The notes beneath the pieces are model-generated. The model saw only the letters and a program-made list of their open reading frames with translations, did not search any database and was not told the DNA's origin. Made by a program: the position numbers and the translations under genes. This document shows, in pieces, positions 1-7,702 of a DNA stretch of 21,715 bases (positions are counted from its first letter, which is position 1; each line of letters starts with the position of its first letter). This DNA is from Oculatellaceae cyanobacterium bins.114. GTDB taxonomy: Bacteria > Cyanobacteriota > Cyanobacteriia > Elainellales > Elainellaceae. The DNA lies in contig JANRJA010000220.1 of the NCBI GenBank assembly GCA_033764315.1, positions 1 to 21,715 on the forward strand. The letters run 5' to 3'.

Positions 1-139
1 ACACGGGATAGTCCTCCCTAATTCATGCTGCACCAGTAACCTTGCCCAACTGGAGTTCAAGGAAATGGTGTTTCTAGCAGATGGCCTTCTGTCTCATTTG
101 AGATCCCAACTTGTCAAAACTGAATTAATCGAGGTTCCC
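1..139. mobile_element. Probable right end of an insertion sequence; candidate terminal repeat GAATTAATCGAGGTTCCC at 122-139
   Basis: The motif resembles, from memory, termini of cyanobacterial DDE-type IS elements. It ends exactly where DUF5984-like similarity begins (TAT GTA GTA CGG = YVVR). The partner end and transposase would lie outside the window. Confidence 0.5.
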
Positions 140-742
140 TATGTAGTACGGCTTTGGGAGGATATTCTCGACATCCTCCCTGCAATCCTTGAGCCTTTAC
201 CCACTGAACTTTCTAGCCTTTTTGAGAGAGATAAAACTGCCTGGTTCGATTGGGAAGGCGCGGCGTCAACTTGGGTTGATCATCAACCTAACGAAGATGA
301 AATGTTTGAGTACATCACTTCGTGGCAACGTGCTCGTCGGCTAGATGCCGCTTATCTTAAGAACGCACCTCGAATTTGGATATGGTCTACTGAACAAAAT
401 GTCATCATTAGCTGGGATAACGCTGATATTGCATTAGAAGGGAGCCAAATTTGGTCAGCTGTGCAAGGGCACTATTGCATAGAAAGGGATGAGTTTTTGG
501 ATGAGGTTTATTCCTTCCACAATCGGTTAATGCGTGAAATGGCTGAGCGTGTTGAAGCCGTCTGCGATCGCTGGCATCGATCTACCATTTATGTAGACAC
601 CCAGGCTCTTAGACGTGAGCAGCAAGAGCGGGAAACGTGGCTTGAGCAAGCCCTTAAAAGATCTGCCTCTATAGTTTGGGATGATGTGCTGGCTGCAAAC
701 AGCGTAATGTTAGATTACTTCTCTAAGACGATGAGGGGATAA
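140..742 (+). pseudogene. DUF5984-like hypothetical protein, probably 5'-truncated (ORF track calls 65..742)
   Basis: YVVRLWEDILDILP, RRLDAAYL..APRIWIWS, WDN, WSA..G and F..EV.SFH.RLM..M..RV match the family as I recall it. The expected N-terminal PWG/LHWFGLTDG segment is absent and replaced by 25 unrelated codons. Confidence 0.55.
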
Positions 743-762
743 GAACTGCTTTATGCTTATCC

Positions 763-877
763 CTTTTCACTCTTTCCTCTTTCCTCTTTCCTCTTCCCTT
801 TTCATCCTTTAGCCTTCATCCTTTAGCCTTCATACTTTATCCTTTATCCTATTCGCCTTCATCCTTTCTTCCTTCTT
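763..877. repeat. Pyrimidine-rich heptamer tandem repeats (STRR-like)
   Basis: Units TTTCCTC, TTCATCC, TTTAGCC and TTTATCC repeat with 7-nt period in the intergenic region. Confidence 0.85.
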
Positions 878-911
878 GTTATCCTGAAGGGAGTTGCCCA
901 GTGAAGCGTCC

Positions 912-2132
912 ATGACTCAACAACCTGCCCGCATTTGCATCCTTGGTGGAGGCTTTGGAGGTCTTTACACCGCGTTGAAATTGAGCCAGTTTCCGTGGGA
1001 GAAACCTGAAAAGCCTGAGATTGTGTTGGTTGACCAGCGCGATCGATTCCTCTTTTCTCCCTTGCTATATGAGCTAATTACCGATGAATTAGAGACGTGG
1101 GAGATCGCCCCACCCTTCACAGATTTGTTGGCCAATACTGGGGTGCAATTTCACCAAACGGCTGTCGCAGGAATTGATCTGGACACTCAGCACGTGCATT
1201 TGCAGAATGGTTCTGACTTGTCGTTCGATCGCTTGGTGTTGGCGTTGGGAGGCGAAACCCCGCTAAATTTGGCACCGGGTGCGGCTGAGTATGCAATTCC
1301 TTTTCGCACGGTCTCCGATGCTTATCGGTTAAAAGAACAACTCCGACTGCTTGAAGCCTCTGATCGAGAAAAAATTCGGGTGGCGATCGTTGGGGCGGGC
1401 TATAGTGGGGTTGAATTGGCATGCAAGTTGGCAGAACGACTGGGCGATCGCGGTCGGGTTCGCATTGTCGAAATCGCTGATCAAATTTTGAGAACCTCGC
1501 CAGAGTTTAACCGAGATGCGGCGACTAAAGCACTGCAAGAGCGTGGAGTGTGGACAGATCTAGAAACGAAGGTGGTTTCAGTGAGTCCAGAGGCGATCGC
1601 CCTAGAGTATAAGGGCAAGGTAGATGAGATTCCTGTGGATATCGTCTTGTGGACGGTAGGAACTCAGATGCCAGAGGTGGTGCAAAACCTCCCCTTGAAG
1701 CACAATCAACGGGGTCAAGTCGTCGTCACGCCGACGCTGCAAGTCGTAGACGCACCCCATATTTTTGCTTTGGGAGATCTGGCTGAGTGTTATGACGCAG
1801 AAGGTCAGCGTGTTCCGGCCACGGCACAAGTTGCCTTTCAACAAGCCGAGTTTGCCGCCTGGAATATTTGGGCCTCTCTCAGCGTTGACCCCGCTGGGGA
1901 AACTGCTTCGCACCGCCCATTGTTACCCTTCCGCTATCAAGCGTTGGGCGAAATGATGTCGCTTGGCACAGCCGATGCTACCTTCGCTGGATTAGGGGTC
2001 AAGTTAGATGGTCTGCCGGCTCATGTGATGCGGCGACTGGCTTATCTTTATCGCATGCCAACGCTGGAACATCAGCTTAAAGTGGGGCTGAATTGGATGA
2101 TGCGGCCAATTCAAGATTTATTGTTGCCATAG
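912..2132 (+). CDS. ndbB: Type II NAD(P)H dehydrogenase, NdbB/NDC1-type (demethylphylloquinone reductase-like)
   Basis: Two Rossmann motifs (ICILGGGFGGLY; IVGAGYSGVELA), FLFSPLLYEL, WEIAP, ALGDLA, PATAQVAFQQA and RRLAYLYRMPT. ATG at 912 is preferred over TTG at 894. Confidence 0.85.
   Translation: MTQQPARICILGGGFGGLYTALKLSQFPWEKPEKPEIVLVDQRDRFLFSPLLYELITDELETWEIAPPFTDLLANTGVQFHQTAVAGIDLDTQHVHLQNGSDLSFDRLVLALGGETPLNLAPGAAEYAIPFRTVSDAYRLKEQLRLLEASDREKIRVAIVGAGYSGVELACKLAERLGDRGRVRIVEIADQILRTSPEFNRDAATKALQERGVWTDLETKVVSVSPEAIALEYKGKVDEIPVDIVLWTVGTQMPEVVQNLPLKHNQRGQVVVTPTLQVVDAPHIFALGDLAECYDAEGQRVPATAQVAFQQAEFAAWNIWASLSVDPAGETASHRPLLPFRYQALGEMMSLGTADATFAGLGVKLDGLPAHVMRRLAYLYRMPTLEHQLKVGLNWMMRPIQDLLLP
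1885..1911 (+). mobile_element. 27-nt in-frame insertion in a HIP1-like site (copy 1)
   Basis: GCG|TTGACCCCGCTGGGGAAACTGCTTCGC|ACCGC; 20/27 identical to the copy at 19005-19031. Confidence 0.7.
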
Positions 2133-2141
2133 ACGTTGAGG

Positions 2142-2163
2142 GAGATGTGATTAATTGCGTCTC
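2142..2163. repeat. Imperfect palindrome (REP-like hairpin) just after ndbB
   Basis: GAGATGTGATT/AATTGCGTCTC; all three mismatches are G-U compatible on the + strand RNA. Confidence 0.55.
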
Positions 2164-2239
2164 TTCTAACCTGACGCACGTTCTTTTCATTGCAGCAGTT
2201 CCATGAGATGATCAGGTCTTCAGGAGCGACCTGGAGCAC

Positions 2240-2887
2240 ATGAACCATCCTCAAGTTATTTTCTTAGACGCCGTTGGGACGCTGTTTGGGGTACGAGGCA
2301 GTGTTGGACAGGTGTATGCTGCCTTGGCCCAGCAATTTGGGGTAACGGCTGATCCTCACGTTTTAAACGAAGGATTCTTTAAAGCGTTTCGATCGGCTCC
2401 TCCAATGGCGTTTTCAGGAGTCAATCCTGCCTATATCCCAGAGCGAGAATATGCCTGGTGGTGGGCGATCGCGGCTGAAACCTTTCAAGCCGCAGGTGTG
2501 CTAGGGCAATTCTCTGATTTCGAGGTTTTCTTCACAGCCCTCTATGCCCATTTTTCTACGGCAGAACCCTGGTTTATTTACCCCGATACACGACATAGCC
2601 TACTTTACTGGCACGATCAGGGCATTGAGTTAGGAATTATCTCTAACTTTGACTCTCGTATTCATGCGGTGTTAGATGCGTTAGGGTTAGCCAAATTCTT
2701 TCAATCTGTCACGATCTCAACTGAAGTTGGGGTTGCAAAGCCCGATCCGCAGGTGTTTGTCGCTGCCCTCAAAAAGCACAACTGCTCCCCTGAGATGGCG
2801 TGGCATATCGGCGACAGCTATCGAGAAGATTATCAAGGGGCGCGATCGGCAGGGCTACGAGGCATTTGGCTGCGTCGCAAAGACTAA
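2240..2887 (+). CDS. HAD-superfamily hydrolase, subfamily IA (REG-2/HDHD3-like)
   Basis: FLDAVGTL (motif I), ISNFD (II), KPDP (III), HIGDS..ED..GA (IV); GGAG upstream of the ATG. Confidence 0.9.
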   Translation: MNHPQVIFLDAVGTLFGVRGSVGQVYAALAQQFGVTADPHVLNEGFFKAFRSAPPMAFSGVNPAYIPEREYAWWWAIAAETFQAAGVLGQFSDFEVFFTALYAHFSTAEPWFIYPDTRHSLLYWHDQGIELGIISNFDSRIHAVLDALGLAKFFQSVTISTEVGVAKPDPQVFVAALKKHNCSPEMAWHIGDSYREDYQGARSAGLRGIWLRRKD

Positions 2888-2901
2888 TAGCTTAGTTTTT
2901 A

Positions 2902-3318
2902 TCAAAATAAATCAAGCGGCAAGTGACCATAAATGTCATTGACGCCATCTGCGTAAGCCGATTGACATGACACTAAGACACCCCGATAGTGTCCCTCATA
3001 CGGATTGGCATAACACAATCCTGTTTTTGGGTTGAACTTGATGTAGACTGCTCCTTCTACTGGATTTAGTTGAGGTTGATAATCATATCCCAGGGCTGTG
3101 GTGTAACTTTTTAGAGTCGTTATGCCCTGTGTCAGCGTGTCAGCACAAATGCCTAAAATTTGATAATCAGAGTGATGGGCAACGGTTTTTAAAGCCGCTT
3201 GTAGTTGAGCACGATGTGAAGTCGTGTCCTCAATGGCGTTTTGCTTAACGCAGTCAAATTGCTTCAACAGGTGATGGGCAGATTCTAAAGTTAAAGGAGA
3301 GGTCATAGTGGCTTGCAT
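2902..3318 (-). CDS. DUF1824 family protein
   Basis: SDYQILGICAD, G.VYIKFN, Y.G.YRGVLVSCQS and C-terminal YGHLPLDLF. Confidence 0.85.
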   Translation of the reverse strand: MQATMTSPLTLESAHHLLKQFDCVKQNAIEDTTSHRAQLQAALKTVAHHSDYQILGICADTLTQGITTLKSYTTALGYDYQPQLNPVEGAVYIKFNPKTGLCYANPYEGHYRGVLVSCQSAYADGVNDIYGHLPLDLF

Positions 3319-3323
3319 GAAAT

Positions 3324-5048
3324 TTATACGGGTCGCATTGAAATGCTCAGGCTCACAGCCGCCAGCACTAATCCTCCCACTAAACTCACCCCATAAAACA
3401 CCAGCAATGCTATGCGAGTTGTCCAGCGAACGTTGGGTTCTTGCTGTAGTTGCACAAGTGATTTAACCAGACTGTATTTTTGGTTAAATGGCATTGCCCC
3501 ATAACCTGCTTGTCTAACAGCCGTAAATAGGGTCAACAACAAGTCGGGTAAGGTGCGATTTCTCTCTTGGGCAAACGGCTTAGCATCGTCACTCGATTGG
3601 ATCTGTTGCAGTTGTTTGAGAATACGAGCACTGCGATAACTGTTGGGGATGCTCGATCCCACAATGATGGCTAAAAACAGCAAGAATGGGTCGTTAAACG
3701 TCATGACCAGCAACACAATCAGAAATACGGTGACTCCTTTAAAGATCAACTCTGCCCAGGGATATCGCGAAAAGAGCAAGAGGTTTACGACCCGGCCTCC
3801 ATCGAGTGGAAAGATGGGTAACAGGTTGAGATAGTTGAGAATAATCAAAAAATTAATCGTCAATGCCAGTGAGCTAGATTGGTTGACCGTTTGAGGTAAG
3901 GCGATCGCCATGATACAACCCAACAGCAAACCAGGAAGTGGACCTGCTAACAACACCATCACCTTTTCGCTGAGGGTAGCGTGATCTTTGCGTCCTGCGG
4001 TGGCTGCCCCAAAAAATGGCAAGAAAAAGATAGAGGTATTTTCATAGCCAAAGCTGCGCATCGCTGCAAAGTGTCCCAACTCATGTAGAAAGAGCACTCC
4101 AATCAGGAGCAATAAATCTTGCCAGGGAAATAAATGGGTAAAAGACAGAAAAAACACCACCAAACTCAATGCCAAGATCCACAGCTTGGTACCTCGGCGC
4201 GATCGCCCCTGCTCAAATTTTTGGAGCTGTTGATAGGCGTCTACTTCTGCCTCAACCGGGATAAAGAGCGCATCATTGAGGGTGGGCTTTGCCTGTGTCA
4301 ATCGCTGTTTTAACACGGCCATTCGTTTAGGGTTGCCCCGTCCCATCTTGAGTGTGGTTTGCAGGGCAGGCCATAACCCTAAATGGAGACAAGAAGGCCC
4401 TGATGCTGCCAAGTTATTCTCTGTTCGAGGCGATCGCGTCAGAGTTTTCGACTGAATCAAACTATCAACATAAAGGGTTTCGTGTGCCTGGAGTTTAGCC
4501 ATAAAGGCTGTGTAGGTATCAACCTGAGCAAACTGACTATTACCCAGTTCCTGCAACTTGGTTTTATGGACATGCCACTGCTGCTCTGTAGTCAGCACAT
4601 AGTGATCTAGCACAAGGGTGTGAGGCATTTGACCGACAAGACCATGTGCCAGCGCATTCATTGTCATTAGCAGAAAATTGGGTTTGTCTCCCTGATCAAA
4701 AAAGGTATAAAAGCTAACAGTGACCGGATTTGCTGGATCAGGCAGAGCACTCACTATGAGAGCCGCAAACGATCGACAGGGCACCTGTTGCATCAAGATG
4801 CCCCACCGTCGAGCACCCACAATATCGTCAGTTTGGTAATAAGTACTAAACTCAAAGCCCAAGGTTTCCAATTCCTGTACTGAAGTTTTAAAGACCTGTT
4901 TGATGTAATCAGGCACCTCCTCCTGGTGCTTGAGCACATAGTTAGGATGCTGAAACGGCAAGCCTGAAATTTGTTGGAAAATGATCAGGTATGGGACTGC
5001 AACTAGCAGCAGATAAGCCGCAATGATGTACAGGAAAAGGTAAGACAT
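3324..5048 (-). CDS. Site-2 protease (peptidase M50) with long N-terminal extension
   Basis: HELGH zinc motif in a hydrophobic segment, LLAGP and NLLPIFPLDGGR. Start is placed at ATG 5048 (MSYLFLYII) rather than 5198 because the extra 50 codons overlap A/T runs and a REP-like palindrome. Confidence 0.85.
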   Translation of the reverse strand: MSYLFLYIIAAYLLLVAVPYLIIFQQISGLPFQHPNYVLKHQEEVPDYIKQVFKTSVQELETLGFEFSTYYQTDDIVGARRWGILMQQVPCRSFAALIVSALPDPANPVTVSFYTFFDQGDKPNFLLMTMNALAHGLVGQMPHTLVLDHYVLTTEQQWHVHKTKLQELGNSQFAQVDTYTAFMAKLQAHETLYVDSLIQSKTLTRSPRTENNLAASGPSCLHLGLWPALQTTLKMGRGNPKRMAVLKQRLTQAKPTLNDALFIPVEAEVDAYQQLQKFEQGRSRRGTKLWILALSLVVFFLSFTHLFPWQDLLLLIGVLFLHELGHFAAMRSFGYENTSIFFLPFFGAATAGRKDHATLSEKVMVLLAGPLPGLLLGCIMAIALPQTVNQSSSLALTINFLIILNYLNLLPIFPLDGGRVVNLLLFSRYPWAELIFKGVTVFLIVLLVMTFNDPFLLFLAIIVGSSIPNSYRSARILKQLQQIQSSDDAKPFAQERNRTLPDLLLTLFTAVRQAGYGAMPFNQKYSLVKSLVQLQQEPNVRWTTRIALLVFYGVSLVGGLVLAAVSLSISMRPV

Positions 5049-5075
5049 GGTCGAAACCGTTGAGAATAGTGTGGA

Positions 5076-5091
5076 GCGAATGGCTATTCGC
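5076..5091. repeat. Short REP-like palindrome GCGAATGGCTATTCGC
   Basis: Near-perfect palindrome resembling the cyanobacterial GGGCGAATGGCCATTCGCCC repeat as I recall it. Confidence 0.45.
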
Positions 5092-5275
5092 CAATGAAAG
5101 GGATTTTTTTGGAAAAAAGATTGCCTGAATTGGCTTTTGGCTGGGAAAAAGAAACTTGAAAGGCGATCGCCCCACCCAAGAGAGTACTCCGCAATCATAA
5201 AGCCCTAGAACTAATCTAAGGGTAACGGACAGAAATGCTTTCTCATGCGTAAGCTTAAAGGGGGGTACTTAGGCG

Positions 5276-5302
5276 ATCGCCCTCAAAGAAAAGCCGCTTT
5301 GC
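5276..5302 (+). mobile_element. Possible decayed third copy of the 27-nt HIP1-targeted element
   Basis: GCG|ATCGCCCTCAAAGAAAAGCCGCTTTGC|ATCAC; same length and flanks, 14/27 identical to each coding copy, differences mostly transitions. Confidence 0.4.
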
Positions 5303-5325
5303 ATCACGTTTAGGTAGGTTGAGAG

Positions 5326-5757
5326 ATGACACGGGGATTGTTGTGGTTGCCACTGCTCATCGTTTTTATCGGATTGGCATGGGCTGGGTGGAATGAATAT
5401 CAAAAGTTAGAAACCTACAAGGCATGGGCACAGCAGTTTGACCATGCCAAATATGACATTTATGCTGTGTTGGGGCAAAAAGGCAACGAATTAACCTGGG
5501 GTAAACCGACTCGAAAAGGCCCCATAGAGTTGCAATCCTTTTCGTTGCAAGAGGTCAATCAAATTCAAGTGGTGGTGGGCGATCGCGTTATCAACCTCAG
5601 CACGGTTAACCCAGAAACGTTAACTCAAAAGAGCGATCGCGCTGATCTGGAGTTTCAACTGACTACAACAACGATTCGCATTCCCTTTACCGAGCTACAG
5701 TTAGCCATCCAATGGGGCAATCACCTACAACAAGACTGGCAAGCCCTCAAGGGTTAA
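5326..5757 (+). CDS. Conserved cyanobacterial hypothetical membrane-anchored protein
   Basis: N-terminal TM helix (RGLLWLPLL...AWAGWNEYQK), then AKYDIYAVLG, TWGKPTR and IPFTE. Confidence 0.8.
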   Translation: MTRGLLWLPLLIVFIGLAWAGWNEYQKLETYKAWAQQFDHAKYDIYAVLGQKGNELTWGKPTRKGPIELQSFSLQEVNQIQVVVGDRVINLSTVNPETLTQKSDRADLEFQLTTTTIRIPFTELQLAIQWGNHLQQDWQALKG

Positions 5758-5815
5758 TCTGGCAGACGATCGCCGGAGACAAGCGGTTGAAAATGTGGAC
5801 AAAGAATCTAGGTAA

Positions 5816-5944
5816 GAAAGTGTTTGTAAATCAATGTTTCGATCCCCCTTAAATCCCCCGTTCCCTCCTTTTTAAGGAGGGCTAGGGAGGATCACTTCAG
5901 GGACTGCTTTTTAGCCAACTTTACACCCATTTACAAACAGCTTC
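5816..5944. mobile_element. 129-bp MITE with 16-bp imperfect TIRs and TAA target duplication
   Basis: TAA|GAAAGTGTTTGTAAAT ... ATTTACAAACAGCTTC|TAA (14/16 TIR match); internal GATCCCCC...GGGAGGATC hairpin at 5841-5893. Confidence 0.8.
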
Positions 5945-5967
5945 TAAAGAATGTAGACAAAGAATCA

Positions 5968-7245
5968 TTACAGCAGTCTTAACTGAGCTTGAGCCGGTTC
6001 TATTAAGCGATCGCCTTCTGTTTCGACCCAAACCTCTTCATCGGCTAGCAACCCCTGAGCCACATCTAACATCTCAGCGGCAATATCGCTTAAGTGAGAT
6101 TGATTCTCTAAGTAGGTTTTCAGCGATTCGATCGGGTCAGTGCTGTTGCCCACTCCTAACTCTGGCAAGCGAGACCGAGAAGACTGGCTGACCAACTCTG
6201 GATGAATCGTGTAGGTGTGAGCCAGACTCAGTGCCTCATGTAAGGCATTATTGTCGATCGCCTCTAGCTGATCAGACCGGATCTGGTATGCCAACCGCAC
6301 CACTGCATCTCGAATGGCATCAGGGGCGATCGCCCCTAACACTTGAGCTTGGGGATCATCCGCTTGAGACACATCGACACGAATCGTGCAAAACGGTCGA
6401 GCAGGCACTGAGCAAAACTGGATCTGGGTCGAACCGCGTTCAATCTCGACTAAAACAAACCCCTTTTCCTCAGCCTCTTCACTAAAGTCTACTCGCTCAA
6501 TACTGCCGGGATAAACGACGTAGGGTTGCTCACACAAGACTTGATGGCGATGCACGTGTCCCAGTGCCACGTAGTCAAAACAGGGACGGGTCAACAACCC
6601 CATAGGCACAGTGAACCCCTTTCCCACTGCCAGAAATCTCTCGGCTCCAAAACGAGCGGTGTCGGTCATCAAGTGTGCCAACAACACAGTAGGGAGAGTC
6701 GGGTCTAACCGACGAATCTCGCCTTCTAATGCCACTCGCAGACGATCGATCAATAACTCGTTGACCTCAATCATCGACAGTCCCTCAGTCTCAGGACGAG
6801 TCAACAGAGTTGAGCGCGTTAACCAGGGCAGCGTAATGATTTGAATGTCGCCATTGCGGGTGGTGATGCGATGGGTTTCCAGGCGATCGCCCACCACAAA
6901 ACCAGGCACCCCTAACGTCCGGTAGATACACAAACTGGCACCCCCCTGCCCTTGAGAGTGCTGGTCGTGGTTGCCCACAAGCAACACCGTGGGAATCTGA
7001 GCATCTGCCAACCGTCGAAACTGACTGGCAAATGCCTCTTGCACAATTGGGGGTGGTGTTGCGTCTGGAAAGGCGTCTCCGCCAAACATCACCAGATCAA
7101 CAGGCTCTGCGATCGCCCGATCGATACACTGGCTCAGAGCGTTGACAAAATCCTCTAACCTCGTGTTCAATCCCGTGACTGGGTTGATCCGACCGTGAGA
7201 AAATCCACTGCCCAGGTGAATATCAGAGAGGTGGAGGAGCTTCAT
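5968..7245 (-). CDS. sbcD: Exonuclease SbcCD subunit D (Mre11-like nuclease)
   Basis: Metallophosphoesterase motifs HLSDIHLG, GGDAF, VGNHD, LAH, YVALGHVH and YPGSIERVDFSE. Confidence 0.93.
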   Translation of the reverse strand: MKLLHLSDIHLGSGFSHGRINPVTGLNTRLEDFVNALSQCIDRAIAEPVDLVMFGGDAFPDATPPPIVQEAFASQFRRLADAQIPTVLLVGNHDQHSQGQGGASLCIYRTLGVPGFVVGDRLETHRITTRNGDIQIITLPWLTRSTLLTRPETEGLSMIEVNELLIDRLRVALEGEIRRLDPTLPTVLLAHLMTDTARFGAERFLAVGKGFTVPMGLLTRPCFDYVALGHVHRHQVLCEQPYVVYPGSIERVDFSEEAEEKGFVLVEIERGSTQIQFCSVPARPFCTIRVDVSQADDPQAQVLGAIAPDAIRDAVVRLAYQIRSDQLEAIDNNALHEALSLAHTYTIHPELVSQSSRSRLPELGVGNSTDPIESLKTYLENQSHLSDIAAEMLDVAQGLLADEEVWVETEGDRLIEPAQAQLRLL

Positions 7246-7271
7246 GAAAAAACTGAGTAGAATTTAGCAAC

Positions 7272-7285
7272 TAAACATTTGTACT
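7272..7285 (-). promoter_or_regulatory. Candidate LexA box upstream of sbcD
   Basis: Minus strand AGTACAAATGTTTA is a 12/14 match to the cyanobacterial RGTACNNNDGTWCB consensus. It lies 27-40 nt upstream of the ATG and just downstream of a TAGGAT -10-like hexamer (7287-7292). Confidence 0.5.
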
Positions 7286-7352
7286 AATCCTACACCAAGA
7301 CAATGCGAATGGAGGTGTCGAACCTGCACTTGAAAATAAGGGGACTAAACCC

Positions 7353-7516
7353 GGCGAATGAAGTCGCGTCTATCCGAACAAAGTCCGCCTTCGTGAACTG
7401 GGGGCATTTGAAACCTGCGAAGGCAGGTTTTGTTCTGGTAGTCGCGGTTTTAACCGCCACTCCGTTTCTATCCCCCCCCGCACGGGTGCCGACGAATGAA
7501 GTCGCGTCTATCCGAA
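7353..7516. repeat. REP-like cluster: inverted pair of 47-nt units plus a partial third unit
   Basis: 7353-7399 and the reverse complement of 7412-7458 align without gaps. CGAATGAAGTCGCGTCTATCCGAA occurs exactly at 7355-7378 and 7493-7516. Confidence 0.8.
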
Positions 7517-7702
7517 TTGACTAGAAATGTGCTGTTTCGTATCTTGAGATGCTAAATAGCAAACCCTTATTCTCTTAATCTCTGAGAAATTCAAAGCACT
7601 CTTGTGAGACAGACATTCTGGGTAGATTGAGCTGCAAATGCTTGCTAACAAAATAATGGCTGCAACTTCTCAGAGAGGCTCTTTCCATTCTCAAGGAAGT
7701 GT

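Noticed and set aside
5049-5198. 50-aa N-terminal extension of the site-2 protease
   Set aside because: It is low-complexity and overlaps A/T runs and a REP-like palindrome; the downstream ATG precedes a clear TM helix.
5968-7245. sbcD without an adjacent sbcC as an orphan or defence nuclease
   Set aside because: The sequence is a typical SbcD, and unlinked sbcC and sbcD are common in cyanobacteria.
7355-7516. 24-nt exact direct repeats as a mini CRISPR array
   Set aside because: There are only two copies, the 114-nt interval itself contains an inverted related unit, and no cas genes are present; it is better explained as a REP-like cluster.
7303-7524. 73-aa ORF with a duplicated NEVASIR peptide
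   Set aside because: The peptide repeat is simply the translation of the DNA repeat cluster.
7525-7702. Riboswitch or NtcA site upstream of the APC permease (TCTCTGAGAA...TTCTCAGAGA pairing; GTA-N8-TGC at 7622-7635)
   Set aside because: No conserved motif of a riboswitch class I know is present; the NtcA-like match is imperfect and has no correctly spaced -10 element.
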